A stretch of DNA of 64,000 nucleotides. Source: Chthoniobacter flavus. Its GTDB lineage: Bacteria; Verrucomicrobiota; Verrucomicrobiia; Chthoniobacterales; JACTMZ01. Positions 1-12,498 of the stretch are shown here, in pieces. The position numbers and the translations under genes were made by a program. The notes below the pieces were generated by a model. That model worked only from the letters and a program-made list of their open reading frames with translations. It was not told where the DNA came from and searched no databases. Every line of letters begins with the position of its first letter. Within the stretch, counting starts at the first letter, position 1. Location of the stretch: NCBI GenBank assembly GCA_945878135.1, contig CAMDUL010000002.1, positions 79,349 through 143,348 of the forward strand, written 5' to 3'.

Positions 1-267
1 CATGGCATTGGCGAGTTGCTCCTCGATGTTTTCTTTGGCTTCGAGGAGCGAGCGGACCGTCGGGTCGTTGTTGGCTTTCTCCTTGGCCGCTTCGAGACGC
101 TTGCGTTCGTCGGGAGGAAGCATCTGCCCCGCGGAGTGTTTCCTGAACTGCTGGTTGGGGCGGGAGCCGGGTTGCTCCGCTTGGCCGGGCATGGACGGAT
201 TGTTCTGGGCCAGGAGCGGCGCGGCGACCGCGGCCAGAGCGATGGATAGGATGGTGAATCTTTTCAT
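1..267 (-). CDS. secreted hypothetical protein, N-terminal part only (gene runs off the window start)
   Basis: My own minus-strand translation from the ATG at 267-265 gives [25 protein letters not shown]..., a signal peptide followed by a charged helical region ([33 protein letters not shown]). Its start overlaps the stop of the upstream histidine kinase (ATGA). It is absent from the ORF track because there is no stop codon in the window. Confidence 0.5.
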   Translation of the reverse strand, partial: MKRFTILSIALAAVAAPLLAQNNPSMPGQAEQPGSRPNQQFRKHSAGQMLPPDERKRLEAAKEKANNDPTVRSLLEAKENIEEQLANAM

Positions 268-1667
268 AACACCCGATCCAACCCCGGACCCGGCCCGGCA
301 GTTGCGGTTTTTTTCGCGGCAGACCATGGCGGCGGCGCGACCGGCTTGGCCTGGCGGACCGGCAGGGCCACGGTGAAAGTCGCGCCCGCGCCCGGGAGGC
401 TGCGCAGGGCCACGCTCCCGCCGTGGGCCTGCACGACATTTTTGACGATCGACAAGCCGAGGCCCGTGCCGCCCGTCTCGCGCGAGCGGTCTTTGTGCAC
501 GCGGTAAAATCGCTCGAAAATATGCTCCTGGTCCTCGTGCGGTATGCCGGGACCGTTGTCGGTGACCTGCACGTGGATGTTCGGTCCGGCCCGCTCGGCG
601 TAAAGGCCGACGACCAGGCCCGGACGGTTGCCGTATTTGAGCGCGTTCTCCAGCAGGTTCAAAAAAACCTGCTCGAGCCGGCCGGCATCGGCCTCGAGCG
701 AGAGGTCGCCTTCCGCGGTGGTGATGCGCACGACGGCGCCCTGGCGGCGGATCGGTTCGTCGAACTGCTCGACCACGCGGCGCAGGAGATCGCGCAGGTC
801 GAGCCGCTGTGTTTCCAGAGGCACATCACGTGACTCGGCGCGCGATATGGTGAGCAGGTCGTCGACCAGGCGGCCGAGGCGGTCGCCATGCTTGAACATC
901 ACGCGCAGCGCTTTCTCCGTCATGGCGCGGTCCTCGAGACCTCCGTCGACCAGCGTCTCGAGGTAGCCGTTGATGATGGTCAACGGCGTGCGCAGTTCGT
1001 GCGAGACATTGGCCACGAAATCGCGGCGCACCTGCTCGAGGCTCTTGATGCGCGTGATGTTGTGCACCACCACGACGGCACCGGGTCCGTCCGCGTCCAG
1101 CTCGAGGGGGGAAATGCTCAGCTCGAAAACCCGGCGCGTCCCGTCCTGCTCGAGAGTGATCTCCCCGCGGTGCGGCTGGCCGCCCTGCAGGCCTTCCTGG
1201 ACCAGACGGTGCATGGCGGCGTGCCCGAAGGCCTCGACCACGGTGCGGCCGGCCGGCGAGGCGGAAAGCCGGAACATGGCCTGCACCCCGCGGTTGGCCT
1301 GCCGCAGGCAGAGGCGGCGGTCGACGGTGAAAATCCCCTCGGGAATGCTGGCCAGGATGGCGTCGAGTCCGGCGCGCTCGCGGTGGGCGGCCAAGTCGAG
1401 GTCGCGGGCCTGGCGGGCAATGACTTCAAGATCGCGCTGCGCGGCGCGCAGACCGCGCGGCAAATCGAGGGCCAGCGGCCGGGCGACATCGCCGTGGGCG
1501 ATGCGGCGCAGCGCCGCGTGCAGGCGGCGGAGTCCGCCGAGGTAACGCGCCGCGAGGAGAAGCGCCGCCGTGGCGCCGAGCAAAGCAGCCGCCCACCACC
1601 ACCCGCTCAATCTTCCGTCCCTCCCGCGTCGAACCGGTAACCCGCGCCGCGCACCGTGGCAAAACAA
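264..1667 (-). CDS. sensor histidine kinase (PhoR-like: TM/HAMP, PAS, HisKA, HATPase)
   Basis: The H-box '[18 protein letters not shown]' and the ATPase motifs 'NLLENALKY', 'DNGPGIP' and '[10 protein letters not shown]' are present. The gene overlaps the end of the upstream response regulator. The exact start is uncertain. Confidence 0.9.
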   Translation of the reverse strand: MFCHGARRGLPVRRGRDGRLSGWWWAAALLGATAALLLAARYLGGLRRLHAALRRIAHGDVARPLALDLPRGLRAAQRDLEVIARQARDLDLAAHRERAGLDAILASIPEGIFTVDRRLCLRQANRGVQAMFRLSASPAGRTVVEAFGHAAMHRLVQEGLQGGQPHRGEITLEQDGTRRVFELSISPLELDADGPGAVVVVHNITRIKSLEQVRRDFVANVSHELRTPLTIINGYLETLVDGGLEDRAMTEKALRVMFKHGDRLGRLVDDLLTISRAESRDVPLETQRLDLRDLLRRVVEQFDEPIRRQGAVVRITTAEGDLSLEADAGRLEQVFLNLLENALKYGNRPGLVVGLYAERAGPNIHVQVTDNGPGIPHEDQEHIFERFYRVHKDRSRETGGTGLGLSIVKNVVQAHGGSVALRSLPGAGATFTVALPVRQAKPVAPPPWSAAKKTATAGPGPGLDRVL

Positions 1668-2317
1668 CCGGCATGGGGGCCGAGCTTGGCACGCAGGCGC
1701 CGCATGTGCGTGTCGACCGTGCGGCTGTCGATCGGATTACGGTAGCCCCAGACATCGCGCAGCAAGGTCTCCCGCGAAATCGGCGCGCCGCGTTTTTCCA
1801 TCAGCGCGGCGGCCAGCTTGAATTCGATCGCGGTCAGATCGAGCTTCGCGCCCTCGAGGCGCACTTCGAACGTGCCGCGGTCGAGTTCGAACGGCCCGAG
1901 CACGAGCGAACCGCCCGGGCCCGGGGCGCGCATGCGGCGGAGGACGGCTTGGACGCGCAAGACCAGCTCGCGCGGACTGAAAGGCTTGGCCACGTAGTCG
2001 TCGGCCCCGAGTTCGAGTCCGGCCACGCGCTCGTCGACCTGGGCCTTGGCGGTCAGCATGATGACGGGGATCGACGCGGTATCCCCGGACGATTTGAGTT
2101 TGCGGCAGACCTCCTCGCCGCGCATCTCCGGGAGCATGAGGTCGAGGACGATGACATCGGGCCGTGCCGCGCGGGCTTCATCGAGGCCGGAGCGGCCGTC
2201 ACCGGCCAAAAGCACGCGAAAACCGGCCCGGTCGAGGTTGTAACGGAGCAACTCCAGCACATCGGCCTCGTCCTCGATGACAAGAACCGTATCCGATGCG
2301 GCTTCTTCAGGTTTCAC
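1607..2317 (-). CDS. OmpR/PhoB-family response regulator
   Basis: The receiver domain reads 'VLVIEDEADVLELLRYNLDRAGF...DVIVLDLMLPEMRG', and the winged-helix C-terminus reads 'RTVDTHMRRLRAKL...VRGAGYRF'. The track ORF extends to 2428, but that N-terminal extension does not look like protein. I therefore chose the GTG at 2317, which gives 236 aa. Confidence 0.85.
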   Translation of the reverse strand: MKPEEAASDTVLVIEDEADVLELLRYNLDRAGFRVLLAGDGRSGLDEARAARPDVIVLDLMLPEMRGEEVCRKLKSSGDTASIPVIMLTAKAQVDERVAGLELGADDYVAKPFSPRELVLRVQAVLRRMRAPGPGGSLVLGPFELDRGTFEVRLEGAKLDLTAIEFKLAAALMEKRGAPISRETLLRDVWGYRNPIDSRTVDTHMRRLRAKLGPHAGCFATVRGAGYRFDAGGTED

Positions 2318-2573
2318 GCCTCGGACGCTAGGAAGACATGACCCTGCCTCAAAGGTAAAAAAAGTGAGCCGCCGGTGATTCCAGTCAGAAAACAAGAAAA
2401 CTGACCGGCCCGGCGGCTCTTGGCGCAAACCAAACCGGTTATTTCGACCACGCCGGGCGGCCGATGTTCAAAAAATTTCCCGGAGGCGCCAAAGACCGTG
2501 ATTTGAGATTTTATTCCCGATACATCCAGGCCATCGCTCGACCTTGGGGCCAGCTGTGCTACTCTGGAAAAAG

Positions 2574-3218
2574 ATGCGACTCCGTGCGCTTTTTCTCCTT
2601 TCGCCCATCGTGCTGGCCGGTTGCGCGCAGATGGACAACCGCCATGTCATGCACATCAGCGTGGCGGACCAGAAAATGCTCGTGACCGAAGCGGGGCAAC
2701 CCGTGGCGTCCTACCCGGTTTCGACCTCGAAGTTCGGCCTGAGTTCCGCGCCCGGCAGTTACGGAACTCCCTTGGGCAAGCACCGCGTGGTGAAAAAAAT
2801 CGGCCACGGACTCCCCCCGGGCGCCGTTTTCAAGTCCCGCCGTCCCACCGGCGAGGTGCTTCCGGTCGATGCGCCCGGACGCGACCCGATCGTCACGCGC
2901 ATTCTCTGGCTGGACGGCAAAGAAAGTCATAACCGCAACAGCTTCGGCCGCTTCATCTACATCCATGGCACGCCCGAGGAACGCAACATCGGCCTGCCGG
3001 TCAGCTACGGTTGCGTCCGCATGCGCTCGCGCGACGTCATCGCCCTCTTCGACCGCGTCGGCACCGGGGCGCGGGTCGACATCTTCCGCGAACCGCTCGC
3101 CCAGCGCCTGCCCAAGCTCGTGCCGTCCGAACCGCCCGCCGTCGCCGCGGCCGCCCCGGATGCGCCGCCGCACACCGTGCTGGCCGGCGATCCGCCGGAC
3201 GCGCCGCGGGAGCTCTGA
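2574..3218 (+). CDS. L,D-transpeptidase (YkuD domain) lipoprotein
   Basis: The catalytic motif 'IYIHGTPEERNIGLPVSYGCVRMRSRDV' is present. The lipobox signal 'MRLRALFLLSPIVLAGC' supports a start at the second Met of the 2544 ORF. Confidence 0.85.
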   Translation: MRLRALFLLSPIVLAGCAQMDNRHVMHISVADQKMLVTEAGQPVASYPVSTSKFGLSSAPGSYGTPLGKHRVVKKIGHGLPPGAVFKSRRPTGEVLPVDAPGRDPIVTRILWLDGKESHNRNSFGRFIYIHGTPEERNIGLPVSYGCVRMRSRDVIALFDRVGTGARVDIFREPLAQRLPKLVPSEPPAVAAAAPDAPPHTVLAGDPPDAPREL

Positions 3219-3224
3219 ACCACA

Positions 3225-3955
3225 TGCCGCGCCGCTGGGCGGTCGCCGGGATCGACCTCGCATGGGGCGAACGCCGCCCGGACGGATTGTGTCTCCTCTG
3301 CGGGAAGGGGAAGAAGGTCGTCAGTGTGTCATATTCGCTGACCCGCGGCGACGAAGCCCTGCTCGCGCACCTGGGCGGGTACCTCCCTCCCCGCGCAGCG
3401 GTGCTGCTTTGTCTCGACGCGCCGGTGGTATGTCCGAACCGCCGCGGGGCCCGGCCGGTCGACCGGCTGACCCACCGCCTCTTCCATCGCGTGCAGGCCG
3501 CGGCCCATCCGGCCAACCGCGTCCTCGCCGCCCGGCCGCTGCGTGTCGTGCGTCGTCTGCGGCGGGCGGGCTATGACATTTCCACCGGATGGCCGGAGAC
3601 AGCCCGCGCCATGATCGAGGTCTTTCCCCATCCGGCAACCGTCCGCTGGTTCGGACTCGCCTGCACCATCAAATACAAACGCGGACCCGCCGCGGCCCGT
3701 CGCCGCGAGTTCGCCCGCCTGCAACGCCTGCTGTGCGAGTGGTTGGAGGACCACGCCCCGGAAATCGCGGCGGACCCCCCGACGCGGAAACTGCTCCGCA
3801 CCGCCTGGACCAAAGACACCGAGGACATGACCGATGCGCTGCTCTGCGCCTTGGTCGGATGGCAGTGGGCCGCGCGCGGACGCCGCTCGGTGGAAATCTT
3901 GGGCGATCTCCGCGGCGGCTTCATCGTCGTGCCGACCGAGAGACAGCCCGGTTGA
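3225..3955 (+). CDS. DUF429-like hypothetical protein
   Basis: The protein-like part of ORF 3011..3955 begins at 'MPRRWAVAGIDLAWGERRPDG'. The family call is from memory of DUF429 N-termini and has not been checked against an HMM. Confidence 0.55.
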
Positions 3956-4164
3956 TCCGGCCATTGAGTTCCCCCCGGACTCGCCGTGCTGGTGGATCAA
4001 CCAGGCTGTGGCCCGCGGTGAAGCAGGCTGGCGATATTATGCAGCAGCCCGCGTGCCAATCGGCTCCGGGCGTGCCCCGGTCTCTGTCGATCCAACCGCA
4101 TCACCGCGTGAATGGACAATTTTGACCAATCCCACATCCTTGCTTGAGCCCGGCTGGCTGGCCA

Positions 4165-7304
<3,140 letters not shown>

Positions 7305-7334
7305 GCAGCATTCCCCGCCAGGCTGCCAAGAGCC

Positions 7335-8915
7335 GTGAATGAGCAGAACCGCACGATAACGGGCCGGGCTGCCGCGGCGATTGTCGCGGTGATCACCTGC
7401 CTCGTGTTTCTGCCGGCGGTGCGGTTTCCTTTTCTGCCTTTCTGGGACGACGACATCCATGTGCACGCCAATCCGCACATTGCCGATCTTTCCTGGTCGG
7501 GCATCGGCGCGCTGTGGTCCGGTCCGTGGCAGCAGCTTTACATTCCCCTAACTTACACGGTGTGGGCCGGGCTGGCCGTGCTGTCGCGGCGGATGGCCGG
7601 AGTGCCGGTGGCGGACGGGGCGCTCGATGCATCGTGGTTTCACGGGGCGAATGTTGTCGTGCACATTTTGTCGGCCGTGCTGGCTTTCGTTTTGCTGCAT
7701 CGCGCGGTCGGGGCATTTTTCCCGCGGGTGGCGCGCGGCACGGCCGGGATAGCCGCGGCTCTCGGGGCGCTTCTCTTCGCGCTGCATCCGCTGCAGGTGG
7801 AATCGGTGGCGTGGATTTCGGGATTGCGCGACGCGCTCGGCGGATGCCTCGGTCTCGCCGCGCTTGTCGTCTTGTTCGGCAGCAGGCATCGGGCCAGAGC
7901 GCGTTGGATCGTGGCCACCTTGCTTTTCGCGGCCTCCCTTGCCGCCAAGCCCGCGGGCGTGGCCTTGCCTTTCGTGGCCGCCGTGCTCGCCGTGATGCCA
8001 TTCCGTTGGGAACGGCGGCGGATCGCATGGTCGCTCGGGCCATGGCTGCTCATCGGCGCGCTCTGGGTGGTGCTGACCAGCAATGCGCAATGGGCCGCGC
8101 AGCTGGCTGAAGGACTGGTGCCGGTGTGGATGCGTCCGCTCGTGGCCGGCGATGCGCTGGCCTTTTATCTGGCCAAGACCCTCGTTCCAACCGGGCTGTC
8201 GGCCGATTACGGGCGCTCGCCCGACATGGTGCTGGCGGCGGGATCGTTGTGGTGGACGTGGCTCGGACCCGCGGTGCTCGCGGCCGCGCTGGTTTTGCTC
8301 AAACCCCTCCGTTGGTATCTCGTGCCTTTCCTTGTCTTTGCCGCGGCGCTTTTGCCCACGCTCGGTCTGGTGCCGTTCAACTTCCAATTGGTCAGCACGG
8401 TGGCCGATCGCTACGCCTACTTCGCGCTGCTCGGACCGGCCTTGGCCGTGGCCATGATCGTCGCCCAGGCGGCGCGCGGATGGGTCACCGCTCTGGCGGC
8501 GGCCGGGGTCGCGGGTCTGGCCTGGTCGACCATGCAGCGGCTGCCGTTGTGGTCCGAGGACCTCAAACTTTTCGCCGCCACGCTCGAAACCAATCCGCGC
8601 AGCTGGAAAGCGATGCACAACTACGCGTCCGCCCTCGACGACCGCGGACGCACCGCGGAAGGCGAGCAACTGATGCGCGAGGTCATCGCGCGCCGCCCCG
8701 ACAACGCGGAAGCGTTCAACGACCTGGCCGTCATGGTGTGGAAACTCGGACGCCATGACGAAGGCGCGGCTTTGATGCGGCAATCGCTGGCCATCCGCGC
8801 CACGCCGGGCACGGCGCGCAATCTTGCCGTGATGGAGGAACAACTCGGCAACACCGCCGCGCGCGACGAGGCTCTGCGACTGTGGCAGGAACTGGCCGCG
8901 CAACCCGCACCCTGA
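7335..8915 (+). CDS. polytopic membrane protein with C-terminal TPR repeats (TMTC/PMT-like glycosyltransferase-type architecture)
   Basis: About 10 hydrophobic segments are followed by TPR-like repeats ('WKAMHNYASALDDRGRTAEGEQLMREVIARRPDNAEAFNDLAVMVWKLGRHDEG'). The assigned function is inferred. Confidence 0.7.
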   Translation: MNEQNRTITGRAAAAIVAVITCLVFLPAVRFPFLPFWDDDIHVHANPHIADLSWSGIGALWSGPWQQLYIPLTYTVWAGLAVLSRRMAGVPVADGALDASWFHGANVVVHILSAVLAFVLLHRAVGAFFPRVARGTAGIAAALGALLFALHPLQVESVAWISGLRDALGGCLGLAALVVLFGSRHRARARWIVATLLFAASLAAKPAGVALPFVAAVLAVMPFRWERRRIAWSLGPWLLIGALWVVLTSNAQWAAQLAEGLVPVWMRPLVAGDALAFYLAKTLVPTGLSADYGRSPDMVLAAGSLWWTWLGPAVLAAALVLLKPLRWYLVPFLVFAAALLPTLGLVPFNFQLVSTVADRYAYFALLGPALAVAMIVAQAARGWVTALAAAGVAGLAWSTMQRLPLWSEDLKLFAATLETNPRSWKAMHNYASALDDRGRTAEGEQLMREVIARRPDNAEAFNDLAVMVWKLGRHDEGAALMRQSLAIRATPGTARNLAVMEEQLGNTAARDEALRLWQELAAQPAP

Positions 8916-8965
8916 CGCCCGCCGCTCTTTACTCGCCGCCGCGCCTCGCATAGCAACAGGGATCC

Positions 8966-9745
8966 ATGGCTCTGGTCGAGAAAACGCTGACCGGCAAGAC
9001 CGGCGTCCTCCAGCTCAACCGCGCGGAAAAGCACAACAGCCTGAACGGCGATTTGATGCGCGAACTGACGGCCGGACTCGACGATCTGGCGGCGGACGGC
9101 GTCCGGGTCATCGTCATCCGCGCCGCACCCGGCGTGAAAGTCTGGTCGGCCGGACACGACATCAACGAGATCCCCGAACCGCGACGCGACCCGCTCGGGT
9201 ATTTCGAAGCGCTGGAAACACTCTTGCGCAAGGTCCAGGACTGCCCGGTGCCGGTCATCGCCATGGTCGAAGGCTCGGTCTGGGGCGGCGCGTGCGACCT
9301 CTGCGCGGCGTGCGACCTCATCATCGCCGCGCACGACTCCACTTTCGCCATGACCCCGGCCAAGATCGGCATCCCTTACAACGCGTCCGGCCTCGTCCAC
9401 TTCACCAATCTCATCGGCGTGCACAAAGCCAAAGAGATGTTTTTCACCGCGCGACCGGTCGCCGCGGCCGACGCTTGGAACAACGGATTCGTCAACCATG
9501 TGGTCGCCCCGGAGGACCTCGAGTCCTTCACCATGGACATCGCGGGAGCCATCGCCGGCAACGCGCCGCTGGCCGTGCAGTCGCTCAAGGCCGAATTCCG
9601 CCTGCTGACCCGGGGGCATTCCATCGACGCGGAGACAGCCGAGGAAATCCAGGCCGTCCGCCGCAAGGTTTATGACAGCGAGGATTACGCCGAAGGCATC
9701 CGCGCTTTCAAAGAAAAGCGCACGCCGGACTTCCGGGGCAAATGA
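8966..9745 (+). CDS. scpB: crotonase-fold enzyme closely resembling methylmalonyl-CoA decarboxylase (E. coli YgfG/ScpB)
   Basis: It appears collinear with my recollection of E. coli YgfG. Examples are 'VWSAGHDINEIP..RRDPL', 'MVEGSVWGGA', 'FAMTPAKIGIPYN' and 'RRKVYDSEDYAEGIRAFKEKRTPDFRG' (YgfG has RRAVYDSEDYQEGMNAFLEKRKPNFVG). Confidence 0.75.
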   Translation: MALVEKTLTGKTGVLQLNRAEKHNSLNGDLMRELTAGLDDLAADGVRVIVIRAAPGVKVWSAGHDINEIPEPRRDPLGYFEALETLLRKVQDCPVPVIAMVEGSVWGGACDLCAACDLIIAAHDSTFAMTPAKIGIPYNASGLVHFTNLIGVHKAKEMFFTARPVAAADAWNNGFVNHVVAPEDLESFTMDIAGAIAGNAPLAVQSLKAEFRLLTRGHSIDAETAEEIQAVRRKVYDSEDYAEGIRAFKEKRTPDFRGK

Positions 9746-10365
9746 GCCGAGATGCCCTGCGCGCGCACGTCGCGGAATTGCACGCCTGCCGCAGGTGCCC
9801 GGGCATGGCTTCGGTCCCGGTCTCGGGTCCGCCCGTGCGCAGCGAAGTGATGCTGGTCGGACAAGCCCCCGGCGTGCGCGAACCGCAGCTGGGAAGGCCT
9901 TTTGCCTGGACCGCGGGAAGAACGCTTTTCCGCTGGTTCGAGGAGGCCTGCGGGTTCGGCGAGGAGGTTTTCCGTTCGAGCATCTACATGGCGGCGGTCT
10001 GCCGCTGTTTTCCCGGCAAGCATCCCAAGGGAAGCGGCGACCGCGTGCCCGACGAGCGGGAGATCGCCAATTGCGCGCCTTGGATGGAGCGGGAGATCGC
10101 CCTGCTGCGCCCCAAGCTGGTCATTCCCGTGGGCAAGCTGGCCATCTCGCAATTTGTCACCGCGGAAAAACTGAGCGAAGTGATCGGACGCCGCATCCCA
10201 TTGGAACGCGGCGGGGTGAAATTCGGCCTCATCGCCCTCCCCCATCCTTCCGGCGCGTCGACCTGGCACCGCACCGAGCCGGGCAAGACGCTCCTGGGCC
10301 GTGCGCTCGGGATGCTGGCCAAGGATCCGGCGTTGCGCGCGATCGCCGGGACCCGGTCGCCGTAA
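9742..10365 (+). CDS. uracil-DNA glycosylase superfamily protein (family 4/5-like)
   Basis: The motifs 'CRRCPG', 'VMLVGQAPGVRE' and the C-terminal 'LPHPSGAS' are present. Its start overlaps the previous gene's stop (ATGA). Confidence 0.8.
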   Translation: MSRDALRAHVAELHACRRCPGMASVPVSGPPVRSEVMLVGQAPGVREPQLGRPFAWTAGRTLFRWFEEACGFGEEVFRSSIYMAAVCRCFPGKHPKGSGDRVPDEREIANCAPWMEREIALLRPKLVIPVGKLAISQFVTAEKLSEVIGRRIPLERGGVKFGLIALPHPSGASTWHRTEPGKTLLGRALGMLAKDPALRAIAGTRSP

Positions 10366-10428
10366 CCGCGGCTGCTTGCCGGCAAGAAAGCGGTGTCACA
10401 CCGTCGGCCGAACCGCTAAAAGGAACCC

Positions 10429-11172
10429 GTGGGAGCCGAAAAAATTTACCCGATGCTGGTCATCGACGCAGGCAACACATCCGTGAAATTCGCCCGCGTG
10501 GCGAAGCGTCACGCGGTGCCGCGCATGGCGGGCACTGTGGCCACGGCGGCCCTCACGCCGGCGCGGGTCCAAGCGATGGTGCGCCGCAGCGGTTGTCGCG
10601 TGGCCATGGCCTCGTGCGTGGTTCCTTCGGTCCGACGCATTCTGCGCGCAGGATGCCCGTTTGTTTCCTTCATCGGTCCGGCGACGCGGCTCGGTTTTTC
10701 CACATCGGTGGAGCGTCGCACGGTCGGGGCCGACCGCCTGGCCAACATGGCGCAAGCGGCGCGGAGGTTCGGCCGAAGCGCGCTGGTCGCCGACTTCGGC
10801 ACGGCGGCCACCTTCGATCTGCTCGACGGGCGCGGAGGCTTTGCCGGCGGCGCCATCGCGCCGGGATGGCGCGTTCTGGCCGGAGCTTTGTCCGCTGCAA
10901 CCGCGCAGCTGCCCGTGCCCGATCTTGTTCCTCCGCGGCGCGCGGCCGGACGCAACACGCGCGAGGCGTTGCGTGCCGGGGTCGGCGGCGGATACGCCGG
11001 ACTGGTGCGGCATTTGTTGCGCGGACTGCCGGCCGAACATGTTGTTTTCACCGGTGGCGATGCCCGATTGGTCGCGAAATTGACCGGCCTGAAGGTCACG
11101 GTCGATCCGCTGTGGACCCTGAAGGGCATCAGTGTTCTCGGCGACCTTGCCGCCCGCGAAGCCAGCAAATAA
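10429..11172 (+). CDS. coaX: type III pantothenate kinase
   Basis: The motifs 'MLVIDAGNTSVKFA', 'GADRLAN', 'ALVADFGTAATFD' and 'GGAIAPG' are present. The start could instead be the Met at 10453. Confidence 0.9.
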   Translation: MGAEKIYPMLVIDAGNTSVKFARVAKRHAVPRMAGTVATAALTPARVQAMVRRSGCRVAMASCVVPSVRRILRAGCPFVSFIGPATRLGFSTSVERRTVGADRLANMAQAARRFGRSALVADFGTAATFDLLDGRGGFAGGAIAPGWRVLAGALSAATAQLPVPDLVPPRRAAGRNTREALRAGVGGGYAGLVRHLLRGLPAEHVVFTGGDARLVAKLTGLKVTVDPLWTLKGISVLGDLAAREASK

Positions 11173-11271
11173 GGGCCTTGCGGGGCGATTGAGCTTGCCG
11201 CCGCGATCGGGCGGACTACATTCAAGCCAGCCGGCGGCACCATCAAGGCAACACCGTCGGCGAACAATTTT

Positions 11272-12498
11272 ATGGCCAATGCAATGGTGATCGGAATGGG
11301 CGGCGTGGGGTCGGTGATCGCCCAGAAACTGCACGAGTACGACTGCATCGACCGCATCATCTGCGCCGACCGCGATACGGTCTTCGCCGAGCAGCTGGCC
11401 AAGCGCATCCCGAACAACAGGTTTGTCGTGGTCAAAGCGGACGCGATGGACGTCAAAGCGACCACCGCGCTGATGAAAGAGCACCGGGTCAAAGTGACCT
11501 GCAACGCGGCCATCTGCGCGACCAACCATTCGGTCCTCACCGCGTGCGCGGAGGCGGGTTCGCACTATCTCGACATGGCGGCCGACATCTACGCGCCGCC
11601 GGGGGCGCGACGGACCTCGAAGAATTCCTTCGACACGGAGATCGAGGCGTTCGACGAAACCTTCCGCGAAAAAAATCTGGCCGGCATTCTCTGCATGGGC
11701 ATGGATCCGGGTGCGGTGAATGTCTTCGCCCGCTGGGCCATGGACCGCCTCGACACGGCGACGAGCATCCGCGTGCTCGATGCCGACAATGCCGAAGTGA
11801 AGGGCTACCGCTTCGCCGTGCTCTTTTCCCCGGAGACGTTCTTCGAGGAACTGGGGGCCACGCCTTATTTCGTCAAAAACGGCAAGGTCACCTCGGGCAA
11901 ACCGCTCGAGGCGGAGTTCGAGTGGATCCGTTTCCCCGAACCGATCGGGCTGCAGCCGACTTACGCCGTGGCCCACGAAGAAGGCGTCAGCCTCGGGATC
12001 TATCCGCCCTTCGTGCAGAAAGGCGTCCGCTACTCGGTCTTCAAATACAGCGTGAGCGACAAGGTGAAGCACCTGAGCAAATCTCTCGCCCTGCTCGATC
12101 TCGACACCTGGAAAAAAGTGAAAGTCGACGGGGCCGAAGTGTCGCCGGTGCGCGTGGCCACGCACGCGCTGCCCAAACCCGCGCAACTGGGTCCGACGGT
12201 CGACGGCTATTCGTGCGTCGGCACCGAGGTGCGCGGCACGCTCGGACGCCGCCGGGTGGAATATTTCATCTACACGATGGACAGCCACCGCGACTGCTAC
12301 GAGAAGCACGGGTATTCGCTCACGCTCGTGCAGACCGGCATTCCGCCGGCCTTGACCGCGCGGTTGCTCGTCGAGGGCAAGATCAAGGAGCGCGGCGTGA
12401 TGATGCCCGAGGCGCTCGACCCGAACGAATTGATGACGCATTTCAGCCACGAGGGTCTGCCCATCTTCGTCGAGAAGCGCGAGACCGAACGCGTATGA
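11272..12498 (+). CDS. saccharopine dehydrogenase family NAD(P)-binding protein
   Basis: It has an N-terminal Rossmann motif 'VIGMGGVGSVIAQKL' and a length and C-terminal domain typical of the Sacchrp_dh family. The substrate is unknown. Confidence 0.8.
   Translation: MANAMVIGMGGVGSVIAQKLHEYDCIDRIICADRDTVFAEQLAKRIPNNRFVVVKADAMDVKATTALMKEHRVKVTCNAAICATNHSVLTACAEAGSHYLDMAADIYAPPGARRTSKNSFDTEIEAFDETFREKNLAGILCMGMDPGAVNVFARWAMDRLDTATSIRVLDADNAEVKGYRFAVLFSPETFFEELGATPYFVKNGKVTSGKPLEAEFEWIRFPEPIGLQPTYAVAHEEGVSLGIYPPFVQKGVRYSVFKYSVSDKVKHLSKSLALLDLDTWKKVKVDGAEVSPVRVATHALPKPAQLGPTVDGYSCVGTEVRGTLGRRRVEYFIYTMDSHRDCYEKHGYSLTLVQTGIPPALTARLLVEGKIKERGVMMPEALDPNELMTHFSHEGLPIFVEKRETERV

Noticed and set aside
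7548-8951. A 467-aa minus-strand ORF lies antisense to the TPR membrane protein gene.
   Set aside because: It is Arg/Gly/Pro/His-rich nonsense of the kind typical of shadow ORFs in high-GC DNA. The plus-strand gene has coherent TM and TPR architecture.
10396-12450. A 684-aa minus-strand ORF spans coaX and the saccharopine-dehydrogenase gene. The related 506-aa plus-strand ORF 9672..11192 is treated the same way.
   Set aside because: It has no recognisable domains and an extreme Arg/Ala/Gly bias. It is antisense or out of frame to two genes with clear family signatures.
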